DNA from: Eledone cirrhosa
Taxonomy: Eukaryota
Length of the DNA: 64,000 bases
NCBI GenBank assembly: GCA_964016885.1
Contig: OZ024740.1
Location: 162,316,001 to 162,380,000, forward strand
Reading direction: 5' to 3'
Numbering within the stretch: position 1 is the first letter of the stretch; every line of letters begins with the position of its first letter. Position numbers and translations under genes: made by a program. Shown piece after piece: positions 27,253 to 41,576 of the stretch. The notes beneath the pieces were generated by a model that ran no database searches, was not told where the DNA came from, and saw nothing but the letters and a program-made list of their open reading frames with translations.

Positions 27253-28212
27253 TCTATATGTACTTTGCTATGTATATATGTAAATATATATGCTGTTATG
27301 TATTCCTATGTATAAGGGTTTACGGGAGACATGTTTTCAGCTAAATCTATCGGAAACCTACTTTCGAACTTACACATCACTTACCTCTTACTCTGGAAAA
27401 CTGCTTTACGATTTTTTTTTTTTTTTTTTTTTTTTTAGAAAGCAATAGAGTTACTCTTGACATCAGCACAAGGTCTGGAACATGAACTAATTTTCAGACA
27501 TTTTTGTTTCCTACCAATGAGCTCCGTTGAAGTATCTAGTCAAATGTTTCCATAATAACGTGTACCGACAAAACACTCTCCGACCTCCCATTGATGTATT
27601 GTTTAGTTATCTCATCTTGTTATTCTGATCATAAATGGCCTCTAGGTGTCTGCCGTCTAATCACACACAATACTTCTTTGTAGATTGCACCGACTTTCGC
27701 TAGATACTGAACACTAAATATGCATCATTTTTATGAACAGAAACTTTAACAATATCCATGAATGAAAAAAAGACATCATGAATATCATGCAGCTAACACC
27801 TACACACATTTTCATAAATGCTTGACGATAAAATCCTTATGTACTTTTATAGAATCTCTGTCACCAGACCAGCACTACCTTGCCTTTGGGTACCTTTAAC
27901 AGAGTTTACTCTGTTGCAAGCATTTGGACCAGGTCTCCAGTTTGATGACACACTCTATTGGGGCCATGACCGAGGCCATGACCACAGACCTCACCTCCAG
28001 AGTAAGCTACACACACACGCACATACCCACGCACTCCCGCACGCACACACACACATATATATGTACATTTTAGTGTGTACACATACGCACATTTATGTTC
28101 TATATATATATATATCTATTTCCACGGTAATACATTCATGGCAGCGCCAAAACTTATACATTGTCACACATCAAACCTATGTATATATCAGTGTGTGCAT
28201 GTGTGTGTGGGG

Positions 28213-28250
<38 letters not shown>

Positions 28251-28254
28251 ATGC

Positions 28255-28301
<47 letters not shown>

Positions 28302-28331
28302 TATCTATCTACCTACCTCTAACAATCTCTC

Positions 28332-28379
<48 letters not shown>

Positions 28380-28543
28380 TCTCTCTCTCTCTAAATATAT
28401 ATATATATATATGCAAAAGTTCTATTTAAATTGTTGGGATACAACAAGTAAATATTTTTATAACTGATATAAAGCACTCGACAAGTATTTGGAGTAGATA
28501 TACGATATTGACAAATGGAAACTATATTTATAAAACCATATTT

Positions 28544-28606
28544 ATTTCATTATACATATTTCAAGGATACCAAGTTAAATTATGGTATGCCTTCATCAGA
28601 CAAAAT
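28544..28606 (-). ncRNA. Type I hammerhead ribozyme; the inverted copy at 29658-29720 (+) has CTGATAA
   Basis: ATTTTGT-CTGATGA-AGGcATACCA..TGGTATCCTt-GAAA-TATGTA-TA-ATGAAAT. It lies in inverted arms at about 28500-28705 and 29555-29762. Confidence 0.85.
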
Positions 28607-29772
28607 ACAATATATACCAGTTTTATAAATAGACATTGACGTACCCTTTCAAAATGCGACCGTTACTTTTGGAAGACATCAGGATAGTGGTTTGTTTACT
28701 TTAGTAAATCGTAGTGTTAAGGATAAGTAAAAAGACGTATATATATACATGTGTTATATGCTTTTTTATGATTATATATCTGTCTGTATATATGCATGAG
28801 TGACGCGTGTCTACCAATTGGGTGAAGATGCACACACATATTTATATATGTATAGCTAGGAATTGTGCATGTACATGCTTACCCATGCAGTTTTGATTGC
28901 AGATATGCATGATTTTAACAGTCATAAATGCATGAAAGTTAATCCTATATATTTATATATATATACTAACATTTTTTATTTAATAACACAAGGAATGTAT
29001 AGCAGTAATAAAAAAAATCACTTACGCTTTGTATGTATATATTATATGCGGGAGTAGATATAGTGTGTATTTTCTGAGTGTGTGTGTATATATATATTTA
29101 TGTATCTTTGCCTATATGTACGTGCTATACGATAGGTAATTTCTCGAGCAATATACATATTTTGTGATGTTTAAATTCCAATTTTTAATATATTGATCTC
29201 AATTTTTAAACTAAATATCTAATCATAATTAAACAATGATTAATTTCTCATATTATATACGTATATTCCATTCATGAATATTAATATTTCTAATTTTATT
29301 TATTCATTTCATCTCAATTGTTAACTCAACTTAATATGACATAACTTAAGGTTTTCGTTCTCTCCCCCTCTCTCTATCTCTATATTTCTCTCTCTTGAGT
29401 TCTTTCTCTCTGTCTGGTGGTTTGATATCTCTCTGTTGTTTTCCTCTGTTTTCTTTTTTTCTTTTTTCTTTCCTCTTTTTCTTTATTTATCTCTCCCTTT
29501 CTTTTCTCCACGTTTCTCTCTCTCTCCGTCTTTTTACTTATCCTTAACACTACGATTTACTAAAGTAAACAAACCACTATCCTGATGTCTTCCAAAAGTA
29601 ACGGTCGCATTTTGAAAGGGTACGTCAATGTCTATTTATAAAACTGGTATATATTGTATTTTGTCTGATAAAGGCATACCATAATTTAACTTGGTATCCT
29701 TGAAATATGTATAATGAAATAAATATGGTTTTATAAATATAGTTTCCATTTGTCAATATCGTATATATATAT

Positions 29773-29805
<33 letters not shown>

Positions 29806-30222
29806 AATGAAAATATAGAAATTAATTGTTTCTACTATTGGCACAAGGCCAGCAATTACTCAGTACATTACTGGTACTTTATTTTATCGACCCCGTAAGG
29901 ATGAAAGGCAAAGTTAACCTCGGCGGGATTTGAACTCAGAATGTAAAGGGACGTAACTATGCTAGAAAGCATGGCGTCCGACCCTCTACCGATACTGCCA
30001 ATATAGAAATTAATGTGAGCAAGAAGCCAACAGTATTTCATAATATATAAGTGACTATAACGTCAAAATGGAAAATAATTAACGTAAGATGTGGGAAAAT
30101 AATTCAAACTCAATTTAAAAAAAAAATCAAGACAGAGATTTTATCCACAGATTTTGTGAAATCCAGGGAAAAACCAATAGAGTCTTAACTCAGAATAAAA
30201 TAAAGTTTAAATACTCATCCTT

Positions 30223-30257
<35 letters not shown>

Positions 30258-30389
30258 CACCGCTCCTATTAATGACGTATTATTCGTTTTTCCCCGTTCT
30301 TTGCCAGCGAACGTCACCATGAACCAAAGTATCGTCTTCCTGTCTTCCTCCGGTTGCAACGTTTTTTGAAATATCCAGTTCTGCGTTTA

Positions 30390-30463
30390 CAGATTGACTT
30401 TGTTAGTTTCAGAAGATCCCGTTAAGGGTGAAAGCAGCGATTCTTTGCTTAAACTTTAATCTG
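30390..30463 (+). ncRNA. Degenerate hammerhead ribozyme (CAGAAGA core)
   Basis: CAGATTGA..AGTTT-CAGAAGA-tCCC..GGGt-GAAA-GCA..TGC-TT-AAACT-TTAATCTG. Confidence 0.6.
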
Positions 30464-30689
30464 TTATTTTATATATATATACATACATATATTATATTAT
30501 ATATACATACATATATTATATTATATTTCCATACATATATTATATTATATATAGATATATACGCTTACAATTAGGCATTAAATATATTTGTGTATGTGTG
30601 TATAGGTTTTGGCGCTGATATGAACGTTTTACTGTAGACAACATTCACATAGAGACACATACAAATACGTGTAGGTATGTGAATTCGTG

Positions 30690-30763
<74 letters not shown>

Positions 30764-31069
30764 CAGCCACGTAAGTCGTATATATGTATGTTGTGTGTGC
30801 GTATATGTGCACGAGTTTATGTGCATATATATGTATTTCTGTGCGTTTATACGCCGGTATGTATATGTGGAGTGGGAATAAATGACTATACGTATGTAAG
30901 TGTATGCACACGTTCGAATATGTGTGTGTGTATTTATTTATACGTGTTTGTGTATGTTTGTGTGTTCTGATTTGTACATGTATACACGAGTGTATACATG
31001 TGTGTTTGAATTTGCGGTGTATGTATGTGCTTGTATATATATTTGCATGTGTATGTTGTGTGCGCGTGT

Positions 31070-31141
<72 letters not shown>

Positions 31142-31220
31142 CTATATGTATGTGTGTGTGTCTGTGTATGTGTGTGCGCGCGTATGTGTGTTTGTGTGTG
31201 TGTCTGTGTGTATGTGTGTG

Positions 31221-31254
<34 letters not shown>

Positions 31255-31358
31255 GTGGGGGGGTCTGTGTGTGTCTGTGTGTATGTGTGTGTGTGACTGT
31301 GTGCGTGTGTGTGTGTGTGTATGTGTCTGTGTGTGTTTGTGTGTGTATGTGTGTGTGT

Positions 31359-31390
<32 letters not shown>

Positions 31391-31883
31391 CTCTGTGTCT
31401 CTGTGTGTCTCTCTGTGTGTGTGTGCGTGCGTGTCTGTGTGTGCGTCTGTCTGTGAGTGTGTGTGTGTGTGTCTGTGTCTGTGTCTGGCTGTATGTGTGT
31501 GTGTGTTAATGTGTGCAACTATTTGTTTGAGCATACAGGTGTATGTATCTGTGCTCGGGTGTGTCTTTGTGTACGTGCACTTGTGTGTGTGTGTGTGTTT
31601 ATAAGTGTTTTATATGTGTGTGCCAGTGTGTTTCTGTGTGGTTCTATGATTTTTGTGTGTAAGAATGTGCGCTACTGTGTTTTATGGATGTTTCTGCGTG
31701 TGTTTGCGTATGTGTATGTGCATGTGTATGTGTGTGAGGGTGTTCACGCCTAGTTGTATCTATGTATGTATGTATGTATGTATGAATGTAAGTATGTATG
31801 TATGTATTCTGGTACGTGTGTGTGTGTATATATATATATATTATGTATGTACGTTTATAAATATATATATATTATATATATTT

Positions 31884-31922
<39 letters not shown>

Positions 31923-32026
31923 GTTATATATTTTATATATATATATATGTGTGTGTATGTGTATATATACATATATATATACATATATATATATATATAT
32001 GTGTATATATATATATATATAATATA

Positions 32027-32116
<90 letters not shown>

Positions 32117-32124
32117 TATACACC

Positions 32125-32207
<83 letters not shown>

Positions 32208-32416
32208 CATCTTCCCTAGTCGCTATTTTCCTACTTGTACATGTGTTCAAACAGAAATGCGTGCCTTCGTTTTGTTTTTGTTCCTATGTCAGAAAGAATC
32301 AATGTAAATGTTGAAAGCATGTAGAACTGAAGCAGTAGGAATGTGGTAGGAAAATAAGAGAGAGGGGCGGGTAAACAATAGCAGGCATGTCATAGCATGG
32401 AAGGAGTGAGGTAGAG

Positions 32417-32474
<58 letters not shown>

Positions 32475-33135
32475 GAGTGAGAGAGTGTGAGAGAGGGAGA
32501 GAGGGTGAAGAGTGAGAGAGGGGAGGGAGGCGAGAGTGAGAGACGGGGGGAGTGAGGGGAGAGAGATAGAGAGGGGGAGAGAGAGGGAGAGAGGGGAGGG
32601 AGGCGAGAGTGAGAGACGGGGGGGAGTGAGGGGAGAGAGATAGAGAGGGGGAGAGAGAGGGAGAGAGGGGGAGGGGAGAGCGAGATGAGAGACAGGGAGA
32701 AAGGATATATATAGAGAGAAGAGAGAGAGAAATAGATAGATGGGTAGATAGAAAATCACCCAGACAAAAATGATATATATATATATGTGTGTGTGTGTGC
32801 GTATGGACGCGCGTGTGTGTGTCTGTGTGCGCAAAGGGTGTCCCCCCCCCCCCAAATGTATACATTTTTTTAGACACCCTGTATATATATATATATATAT
32901 ACATATACATATGGGATATATATATATATATATACACATAGATAGATAGAGAGAGTGATTGAGAGGGAGAGAGAGAGAAGGAGATAGAGAGTGAGATAAA
33001 GACAGACAGGCAGAGAGAGAAAGAGAAAGAGAGAAAAGAAGAGAGGGGCAGATAAAAAGAATGGTAGGATGACAAAAAGGGGTGACAACTATTTATAGTG
33101 GCATAGATGATGACAGAGGCAGGTATGTATAAACT

Positions 33136-33173
<38 letters not shown>

Positions 33174-33209
33174 ATGAGGGAGAGATCGAGAGAGAGAGAG
33201 AGAGAGAGA

Positions 33210-33248
<39 letters not shown>

Positions 33249-33299
33249 GTATACACGAATGTGAAGAGAATAATTTGCTAATCTCCTAGACCCCGTCAC

Positions 33300-34565
33300 A
33301 GCACTATCTTCTGGCGGGGTCTATCAGGGAGCGACGACTAACTCCTAGGAGGAGGCTGAGGTTACAAGAGCAATTAAAGAGCTCAAATGTGGCAAGGCCG
33401 CTGGAGAGGAGGAAATTTGGCCTGAGATATAAAAAGCCTTAAACAGAAAAGATATTCTTTGACTGACTCGTGTGTGTCTGGTGGCCTGAATCTCTGGAGA
33501 GGTACCTAAGCAATGGCAATCGAGACTGATAAACCCAATTTTCATAAAGGGGGACAAGAGAGATTGATCTAATTATAGAGGGATCTCCCTGTTAAGCCTC
33601 CCTAGTAATCTCTATGTTAAATGTCTGGCAAAGAGATGTAGGGAGATTGTCGATTCTAAGCTAACTAACGAACAGTGTGGTTTTCGTCCGAGACGCAGCA
33701 CGACCGACCAAATATTCTCACTGCGCCAAGTCTTTGAGAAACCATGGGGTTATATCCAAGAGGTGTATTCTTGTTTCGAAAAAGATATATATGACCGCTT
33801 CGGCAGAAATAGGAGATCTATGGACATCTTCTTGTTGTCCTGTTGTTTTTGTATGAATGTCCTAGTATTTACATTCAGATAAGTGGTGCTAAGTCGAAAC
33901 CATTCAATATGGGTGTCTGACTATGCCAAGGGTGCGTACTGTCATCTCTCCTGTTCATAATCTTCATGGACAGAATTGACATGCGCAGCCGTATCGAAAC
34001 TGGTGGAAGTAGGATCAGATGGCTACAATTTGTGGACGACATAGTACTATTAAATTCATCAGAAGGTGATCTCTGACATGCACCTGATAGGTTTGCCCCC
34101 GAGTACTGCACCGCACGAATGAAAATAAGTGCTGCGAAGACTGAGATAGAAAGACTGCACTTTGCATTCTACATGTGAGTCTTTTCTACCTGAAGCAGGT
34201 GGAGTTCAAGACTAATGGAAAGCAGGAACTGGTGCAGTAATACGCCAGCTTCAGCATTCGGTCATCAGAAGAAGGAGGGTAGCAGTAAAAGCCATACTCG
34301 TTATCTTCAATTTGGTATTTGTGCTAACTCTTACTCATGGTTATGAGTCTTGGGTAATAATCGAAAGAATAGGATCGTGAATACACACGGCAGAATTAGG
34401 GATCCCGCGAATGATCTTAGGGGTAAAGTTACACGAAAGTCTGCATAGCTCGGAGATCAGATTCGCTCCGATATTATAGAATTATGCTTAGAATATCTCA
34501 GGAAATAATTGGAGGAAATATTTTACGGGCAAAACCAAACGGTAGGAGACCCAGGGGTACAATCA
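33300..34565 (+). mobile_element. Decayed RTE-clade LINE (RT domain)
   Basis: KAAGEE, PIFIKGDK, NYRGISLLS, QCGFRP.RSTTDQIF, QGCVLS.LLF and LQFVDD, with many stops. Confidence 0.85.
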
Positions 34566-34615
34566 AACACTAAACATAAGTAAACATATGTAAACATACA
34601 TTAATATAATTTTAT

Positions 34616-34732
<117 letters not shown>

Positions 34733-34895
34733 TTATGGAAAAGAATGAAACGAAATTTCATTTCTCATATATATATATATATAATTAGATAAATGATATA
34801 GATATCCCAGTAGGTACTAGGTACCCACGGAAATATATATGGTGTCTATAATAGTGGTTGTTCTATGGTACTAATTTGAGATAACAGAACTGTAA

Positions 34896-35315
34896 ATATG
34901 AGCGGAACAAGTAAACATTAAACAATCTTTTAAATAAATTAAAATACGATTTAAATATTTACCCCTTCTAGTGCCATGACCGGCGGTTTCGCTTATCAAA
35001 AGATTGGAAATTCAGGGAATTTGCAATGGAAAGATATAGCTCTTCAGATAGCTTTTCCAATCTACTAGACATAAGTCCGTATACATGTAGATACATTCAC
35101 TGGGCAGAGGGTGATATATCTACATCTATACGGACTTATGTCTAGTAGATTTGGAAAAGGTATCTGAAGAGCTATATCTTTCCATTGCAAATTCTCTGAA
35201 TTTCCAATCTTTTGATAAGCGAAACCGCCGGTCATGGCACTAGAAGAGGTAAATATTTAAATCGTACTTTAATTTATTTAAAAGATTGTTTAATGTTTAC
35301 TTGTTCCGCTCATAT
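34896..35315. repeat. Palindrome of about 420 bp carrying two HHRs (34967-35069 minus, 35141-35244 plus)
   Basis: TCTAGT..GCTAT-CTGAAGA-GCTaTATC...GATAAGC-GAAA-CCG-c-CGG-TC-ATGGC-ACTAGA. Confidence 0.85.
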
Positions 35316-35610
35316 ATATATAATTTTATATATATATATATAAACGGAAAAAAATGAAACGAAATTTCATTTCTCACTCTTAGTACGGTAGTACGGCTGT
35401 TACTTAAATATAAGTATGTATACGTACATACATATATGTATACAGACGTACATTAGTATGTATATATATATACATACATGCACACATGTATATATGTACG
35501 TATGGATTCACCGAACATTTATTATAATGCTCGGTGTGTTTGTAAACAAACATCCCGAATTAAGCCGTAGTGTCTAGCAACCATCGTTGCTCATTTGTTC
35601 AACACTGACA

Positions 35611-35665
35611 AAGGATCGCTGTACTAGTTTCAAGCTTATTAGCTATCGTCAGCAACGTATACCTT
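35611..35665 (-). ncRNA. Minimal type I hammerhead ribozyme inside a palindrome of about 640 bp (35411-36052)
   Basis: AAGG..CGTTG-CTGACGA-tAGCT-aata-AGCTt-GAAA-CTAG-TA-CAGCG..CCTT. Palindromic CTAG in stem III. Confidence 0.85.
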
Positions 35666-36048
35666 CCTGCCAGATGATTGAACGTCTGAAAGTATATACT
35701 TTCCTTATGCATATTATGCGCCCGGCCGATTAACTCACTCGATATGCAAATTAGGCTGCTCATCCGTTAATATGCATAAGGAAAGTATATACTTTCAGAC
35801 GTTCAATCATCTGGCAGGAAGGTATACGTTGCTGACAGGAAGGTATACGTTGTCAGTGTTGAACAAATGACCAACGATAGTTGTTAGACACTGTACAGCT
35901 TAATTCGGGATGTTTGTTTACAAACACACCGAGCATTATAATAAATATTCAGTGAATCCATACATACATATATACCTGTGTGCATGTATGTATATATATA
36001 TTCATACTACTGTACGTATGTATACATATATGTATGTACGTATACATA

Positions 36049-36089
<41 letters not shown>

Positions 36090-36767
36090 TCAATTATACT
36101 ATTTATGGTTATGCAAATACAAAAACATTTTGTAGTTATATATATTTTTATAAACCCTAAATAGTGGTAGGCAGTAATATATTACTACCTTATTACCAGT
36201 AAGTTAAATAGCTCAATGTAATAACATCAGATGATTTATATATATATGGAGGAAGTTGTAGTTCACTTGAAGCATTGTGTAATGAGGTATAAACGTTTGT
36301 AGTTGTAAGGCTTAAAAAGAATGAAACGAAATTTCATTTCTCACTCTTAGTACGGCTGATAACTAAATATAAGTATTTATACGTACACACATATATGTGT
36401 ACAGACGTACAGTAGTATGTATATATATGCATACATGCACACATATATATATGTACACATACATGCACACATATATATATGTACGTGTGGGTTTACCGAA
36501 CATTTATCATAATGTTCGGTTTGTTTGTAAACAAACGATAGCTAATAAGCTTGAAACTAGTACATCGTTCCTGTGTAGGTGTTGAACAAAAGGGCGACGA
36601 TGGTTGCCGAGCAGTGTACGGCGTAATTCGGGCTGTTTGTTTACAAACAAACCAACATTATAATAATATTCAGTAAACCCATACGTACATATATATATGT
36701 GTGCATGTATGTATATATATACATACTACTGTACGTCTGTACACATATATGTATGTACGTATACATA

Positions 36768-36825
<58 letters not shown>

Positions 36826-37287
36826 CATACGTACATAGATACACACACATATATATATATATATATACATACATACGTACATAGATACACACACATTTAT
36901 ATATATATAGTTATACTTGGGGAGGATCATATTGTTGTAATAATATTGCCAGAATTAATAACAGAACGCACTCACTGTTTGGTTGGTTTTCGGTTCTGTA
37001 TCTTTTATATCAGTTAATTCATTCGGTCCTCATTGTTTACCATTGACTGACGACATTAATATAGTAATAAGGACACCCCCACAAGAGAGTACTAACAAGT
37101 ACAATTTAGAATGTAGCACAATGGAAAGCATCCAGCAGATAGCTAATTCCATACACCAGAGTATAACAGTAACCATCGACTACCCTTCAAACACCCTAAC
37201 AATAGACTACCTGTATTAGACACGGAACTCTGGATTAACACTATAGACGAGAGGGCCCAAATTCTCCACTCACACTACGCTAAACCC

Positions 37288-38160
37288 ATGGCCTCCAAAT
37301 ACCTGATACTCAAAAACTCAGCAATGTCCAGTAGTGCTAAGTTTAATATTCTGATCGCAGACTTGGTACGAGTGATGAAGAACGTGTCCCGCATGTGCGA
37401 CCCAACAGAAATGGAAAGACACATCCAACACTTCATCAACTTCATGCAGTTCTCTGGCTACAACCAAAGAGACAGAATCAGAGTATACGAAGCAGCCACG
37501 GAGAAGTATAAGACCCTCATAGAACTGGACATGAAAGGAATTTGCCCATTATACAGGAGCAAATCATGGAATAGCTTAGATAGGACTAAACATAAGATAG
37601 GGAAAGCCACCTCATGGTACGACAACCAGAGATACCAGAGCGTCATGTTCGTGGACGCTACCCCTGGAGGGAAGTTAGCTAACCAGTGTAGAAAGGCCCT
37701 GAGAAAGACCCACTTAAAGATTAAAGTGGTAGAAAAGCCAGGAACTACCATAAAATCCCTAATCAGCAAAACATACCCTTTTAAGAAAACCCACTGTACT
37801 AATAGAAAATGTATTATATGTAAAGTAAACCCCCGGATAAACTGTCAAACTAGAAACGTAGTCTATAGCATAAGATGTACAGAGGGTACTTGCAGAGACA
37901 TGACAACAACATACATAGGCGAGACAGCTCGAAGCATAGGTGAAAGGATAGACCAACACTGGGGGGAACTAAAAGGACGAAAAAATGGTTCAGTACTATA
38001 CAAACACGCCAGACAACAACATGACGGTAACATAGAAAACATAGAAATTAAAATAATATCTAAACATAGAAATGACCCAGCAGATAGGCAAATCAGAGAG
38101 GCCAGTGAAATAGAACTTAGAAGGCCAAAGCTAAACAGAAAAAAAATGAAACAATACTGA
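37288..38160 (+). CDS. Penelope-like RT C-terminus and GIY-YIG endonuclease, partial
   Basis: Cys-rich linker CTNRKCIIC, GIY-YIG motifs VVY/YIGET, and conserved H..H and R..E residues. Confidence 0.85.
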   Translation: MASKYLILKNSAMSSSAKFNILIADLVRVMKNVSRMCDPTEMERHIQHFINFMQFSGYNQRDRIRVYEAATEKYKTLIELDMKGICPLYRSKSWNSLDRTKHKIGKATSWYDNQRYQSVMFVDATPGGKLANQCRKALRKTHLKIKVVEKPGTTIKSLISKTYPFKKTHCTNRKCIICKVNPRINCQTRNVVYSIRCTEGTCRDMTTTYIGETARSIGERIDQHWGELKGRKNGSVLYKHARQQHDGNIENIEIKIISKHRNDPADRQIREASEIELRRPKLNRKKMKQY

Positions 38161-38406
38161 CCTAAGAGAAATATAAATAAATAAATAAATATTTACACAA
38201 GCACAATAACAACAAACACATATAAACACACACTAGTAAACTAAGATAGAATACAATAACCAAAACACAGTCACCCAAACGCGAACACACACCTAACACT
38301 ATACTCACACGCAAACGCATGCGCAGAGAAGAAGACAAAAATAAATAAATAAATAAACAGATTAAATAAAGATGGCGTATATATACAATACAACAGGAGG
38401 AACATA

Positions 38407-38460
38407 ATAGCACCACTGACGATGTTGCAGATGTGCAACGAAAGAACTATGTAAGACTAT
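38407..38460 (+). ncRNA. Candidate minimal HHR in the Penelope pLTR
   Basis: CA-CTGACGA-t-GTTGCA-gatg-TGCAAC-GAAA-G-aa-C-TA-TG. Strong stem II, weak stems I and III. Confidence 0.55.
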
Positions 38461-38911
38461 ATATATATATATATGTGTGTTTGTGTCTATATTATATCTG
38501 TATTTTTGACCGTTGATCTGTCAATAGTAAACATTGAGGGCCGAATAAATTAACTGATATAAAAGATACAGAAGCGAAAACCAACCAAACAGTGAGTGTG
38601 TTCTGTTATTAATTCTAGCAATATTATTATAATATGACCCTCCCCAAGTATAACAATATTTGTTTCGATACAAGATTTCATATCAAAAACCTCGCAAAAC
38701 ACATATATATATATATATATATATGAGAAAATGAGGTTTTCTTAAACAAAAAAATGACATGTCTTACACGAGTGAAAGTATAAGGAAAAGAAATCGAAGA
38801 TGCAACTGGAGTCTTTTTAAGAATATGTGTTTCCTTTACCGGTTTCACAGTTCTTATGCTTTTCAAAAGTAGAATTGAGATGGAGGGTTTGCGGTTTTTC
38901 TCGCACGCACG

Positions 38912-39021
<110 letters not shown>

Positions 39022-39431
39022 GATATATATATATATAGTAATAGCAATAAATGTGAAGACTAAAATCCAAAGAGGGCTCGATATATATATATATATATAT
39101 GAATGTGTGTGTTTATTCCTATATATGGGGAACAGTGAAGATTTGCCTACTTTCTATTTTCACTGTTCCCCATATCAGATTCTTTTCATATTTTTAATAA
39201 GGGTTCTACAATTTGTTTTCAACAACAATGATCCTAAACCTTTAATTCAGTCAACTGCAGACCCCCAGTCTCCTCTTTAGGTGTATTGTTGGTATATTTT
39301 TATTGCCTCTTTTACATGTAGTCATATGTATTTTATATGGTTATTTGCAGGAAAAGGAACAGTGAAAAACACACACATATACATATAATACATATAATAC
39401 ACATATAGGTATGTATGTACGTATGTATATA

Positions 39432-39517
<86 letters not shown>

Positions 39518-39523
39518 CACCGT

Positions 39524-39556
<33 letters not shown>

Positions 39557-39603
39557 AACATATATATATATGTATATAAACATATATATATATATATATA
39601 AAA

Positions 39604-39928
39604 TTGAAAAAGTGGATAATTACAGGGTCAACAGTACAACAAAAGGGGATCTATTTACAGTCTAACAATTGTTTCTCTGATAAAGATGTCTAAAAATTGC
39701 TGAACACTAGAAGCAGTGCCACTCAATTTCAAATACAATGTTAGCTCAATCAGATTTTCAGAAACTGTTTCTGAAGATCTGATCGAGCTAGCATTGTATT
39801 TGAAATTGAGTGGCACTGCTTCTAGTGTTCAGCAATTTTTAGACAACTTTATCAGAGAAACAATTGATAGACTGTAAATAAATCCCCCTTTTTTTTACTG
39901 TTGACCATGTAATTCCCCACTTTTTCAA
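39604..39928. repeat. Palindrome carrying two defective HHR copies (39657-39768 minus, 39764-39875 plus)
   Basis: Consensus ACAGTTT-CTGAAGA-TCTGAT...ATCAGA-GAAA-CAATTG-TT-AGACTGT. Confidence 0.8.
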
Positions 39929-40127
39929 TGTTATTACTCCAACATTAACTTACATAGGAATACAAGTGAAATCATAAACTCGTCATCTACGTAAACATCT
40001 TGTTGAGTCAAACACACCGTACGCTAAAGCTATCCATAATAATAAGTATTCACAACCTCTAATTGGATTGCCTATAACGATATTTTGTTATCCCTTATAT
40101 ATATATATATATAAACACACACACACA

Positions 40128-40198
<71 letters not shown>

Positions 40199-40226
40199 TC
40201 TTATATATATATATATATATATTAAC

Positions 40227-40278
<52 letters not shown>

Positions 40279-40287
40279 ATATATATA

Positions 40288-40715
40288 TCATCATCATCAG
40301 GTCGAGCTTGCTCGGTTTTCTACGACACGTTTCCTCCATCCATCTCTGTCTCTCATAGCGTTTGCCAGTTCTTCCGCAGTGCATTCAATATCGTCCTCAA
40401 GTTGCTTGACGTATATCTTCTTGGGACGACCAGCGTTTCTTGCTCCATGAGATGGACTCCATAACAACACATCACCTGCTATTTCTTCCTTGCTGCGCCA
40501 ACAGTGGCCAGCAAATCTGAGTCTCTGTCCACGTATTGACCTGCTGATAGGTGGTATACTGCCATAGAGATCCTTATTTGTTGGGTGTTCCCTCCAAGAC
40601 ACGTTTAAAGCACCGCGGTTTCGACGTTAGCGTCCAAGTGATAGAGCCATAAACAAGCACAGATTCCACAACAGCTCTGAAGAAATTCCTTTAATTTGGC
40701 CGGCAGGTTTGATTT

Positions 40716-40718
<3 letters not shown>
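40288..40718 (-). mobile_element. 3' end of an RTE-type LINE with a (GAT)n tail
   Basis: RLRFAGHCWRS..LLW.P.HG.R..GRP..DRDGWR, then TGATGATGA. Confidence 0.8.
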
Positions 40719-40792
<74 letters not shown>

Positions 40793-41107
40793 TATACATA
40801 TATATCCTACCCGCGTTAGCGTGGAAAATGGACATTAAACGATTATGATTTTTGTATTTATGTAGCAAAATTCTTGTGGGTTTAAACATATTTTATATGG
40901 GAGGGTTATGTGTCCAATTAAAATACGCACACTGGTTGATTTTCACTTTAGCTTTTATTATTAATCAGGTAATTAATCCATCCGCCTGTTGGTTAATCAA
41001 CCAATTAATAAATTAATTAATTGTCAACATCTTTCTTTCATCACACAGTTTGTGATATTATCTTTGACTTTTGCACCCTGTCTGTCTATCTTCATTTCTA
41101 CGTAAGT

Positions 41108-41147
<40 letters not shown>

Positions 41148-41192
41148 GTGACGAAACATAAGTCAATTGCATGAACTCATAATCCTTTATTT

Positions 41193-41248
41193 ACTGCTAT
41201 ATATATTTCGATGATAGCCATTGAATGGCTATGACCTCATCAGGCAGT
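41193..41248 (-). ncRNA. Type I hammerhead ribozyme
   Basis: ACTGC-CTGATGA-GGTcATAGCCAT-tca-ATGGCTATcATC-GAAA-TATATA-TA-GCAGT. Confidence 0.85.
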
Positions 41249-41316
41249 TAGTTAGTTCTTAGATATGCCAGCTCTGTGTTTATAGTGTTGATGGTATCAG
41301 AGCCTTGGGACATATG

Positions 41317-41347
<31 letters not shown>

Positions 41348-41576
41348 ATATATACACATAGGGATAACAAGTTATCGTTATAGGTAATCCAGTTAGAGGT
41401 TGTGAGTACTCTGCGTCGTGGATAGTTTTAACGAACGGCTTTGTTTGACTCAACAAGATGCTTCCAAAGTTATGCAGCGAGTTTGCGGTAATTTCTATGC
41501 AGGTTATACTTGGAGTAATAATAGTTAAAGAATGAAAAGTAGCATGGTTGGCTGTACAATAAGGGCTTTATTTAAA

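Larger units (their letters stand above)
36910..38654 (+). mobile_element. 5'-truncated Penelope-like element with an inverted pLTR segment
   Basis: ORF remnant at about 37050-38160 (RT thumb, then NVVYSIRC..TYIGET.R..ER..H). Inverted arms at 36910-37047 and 38520-38654. (TA)n at the left flank. Confidence 0.9.
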
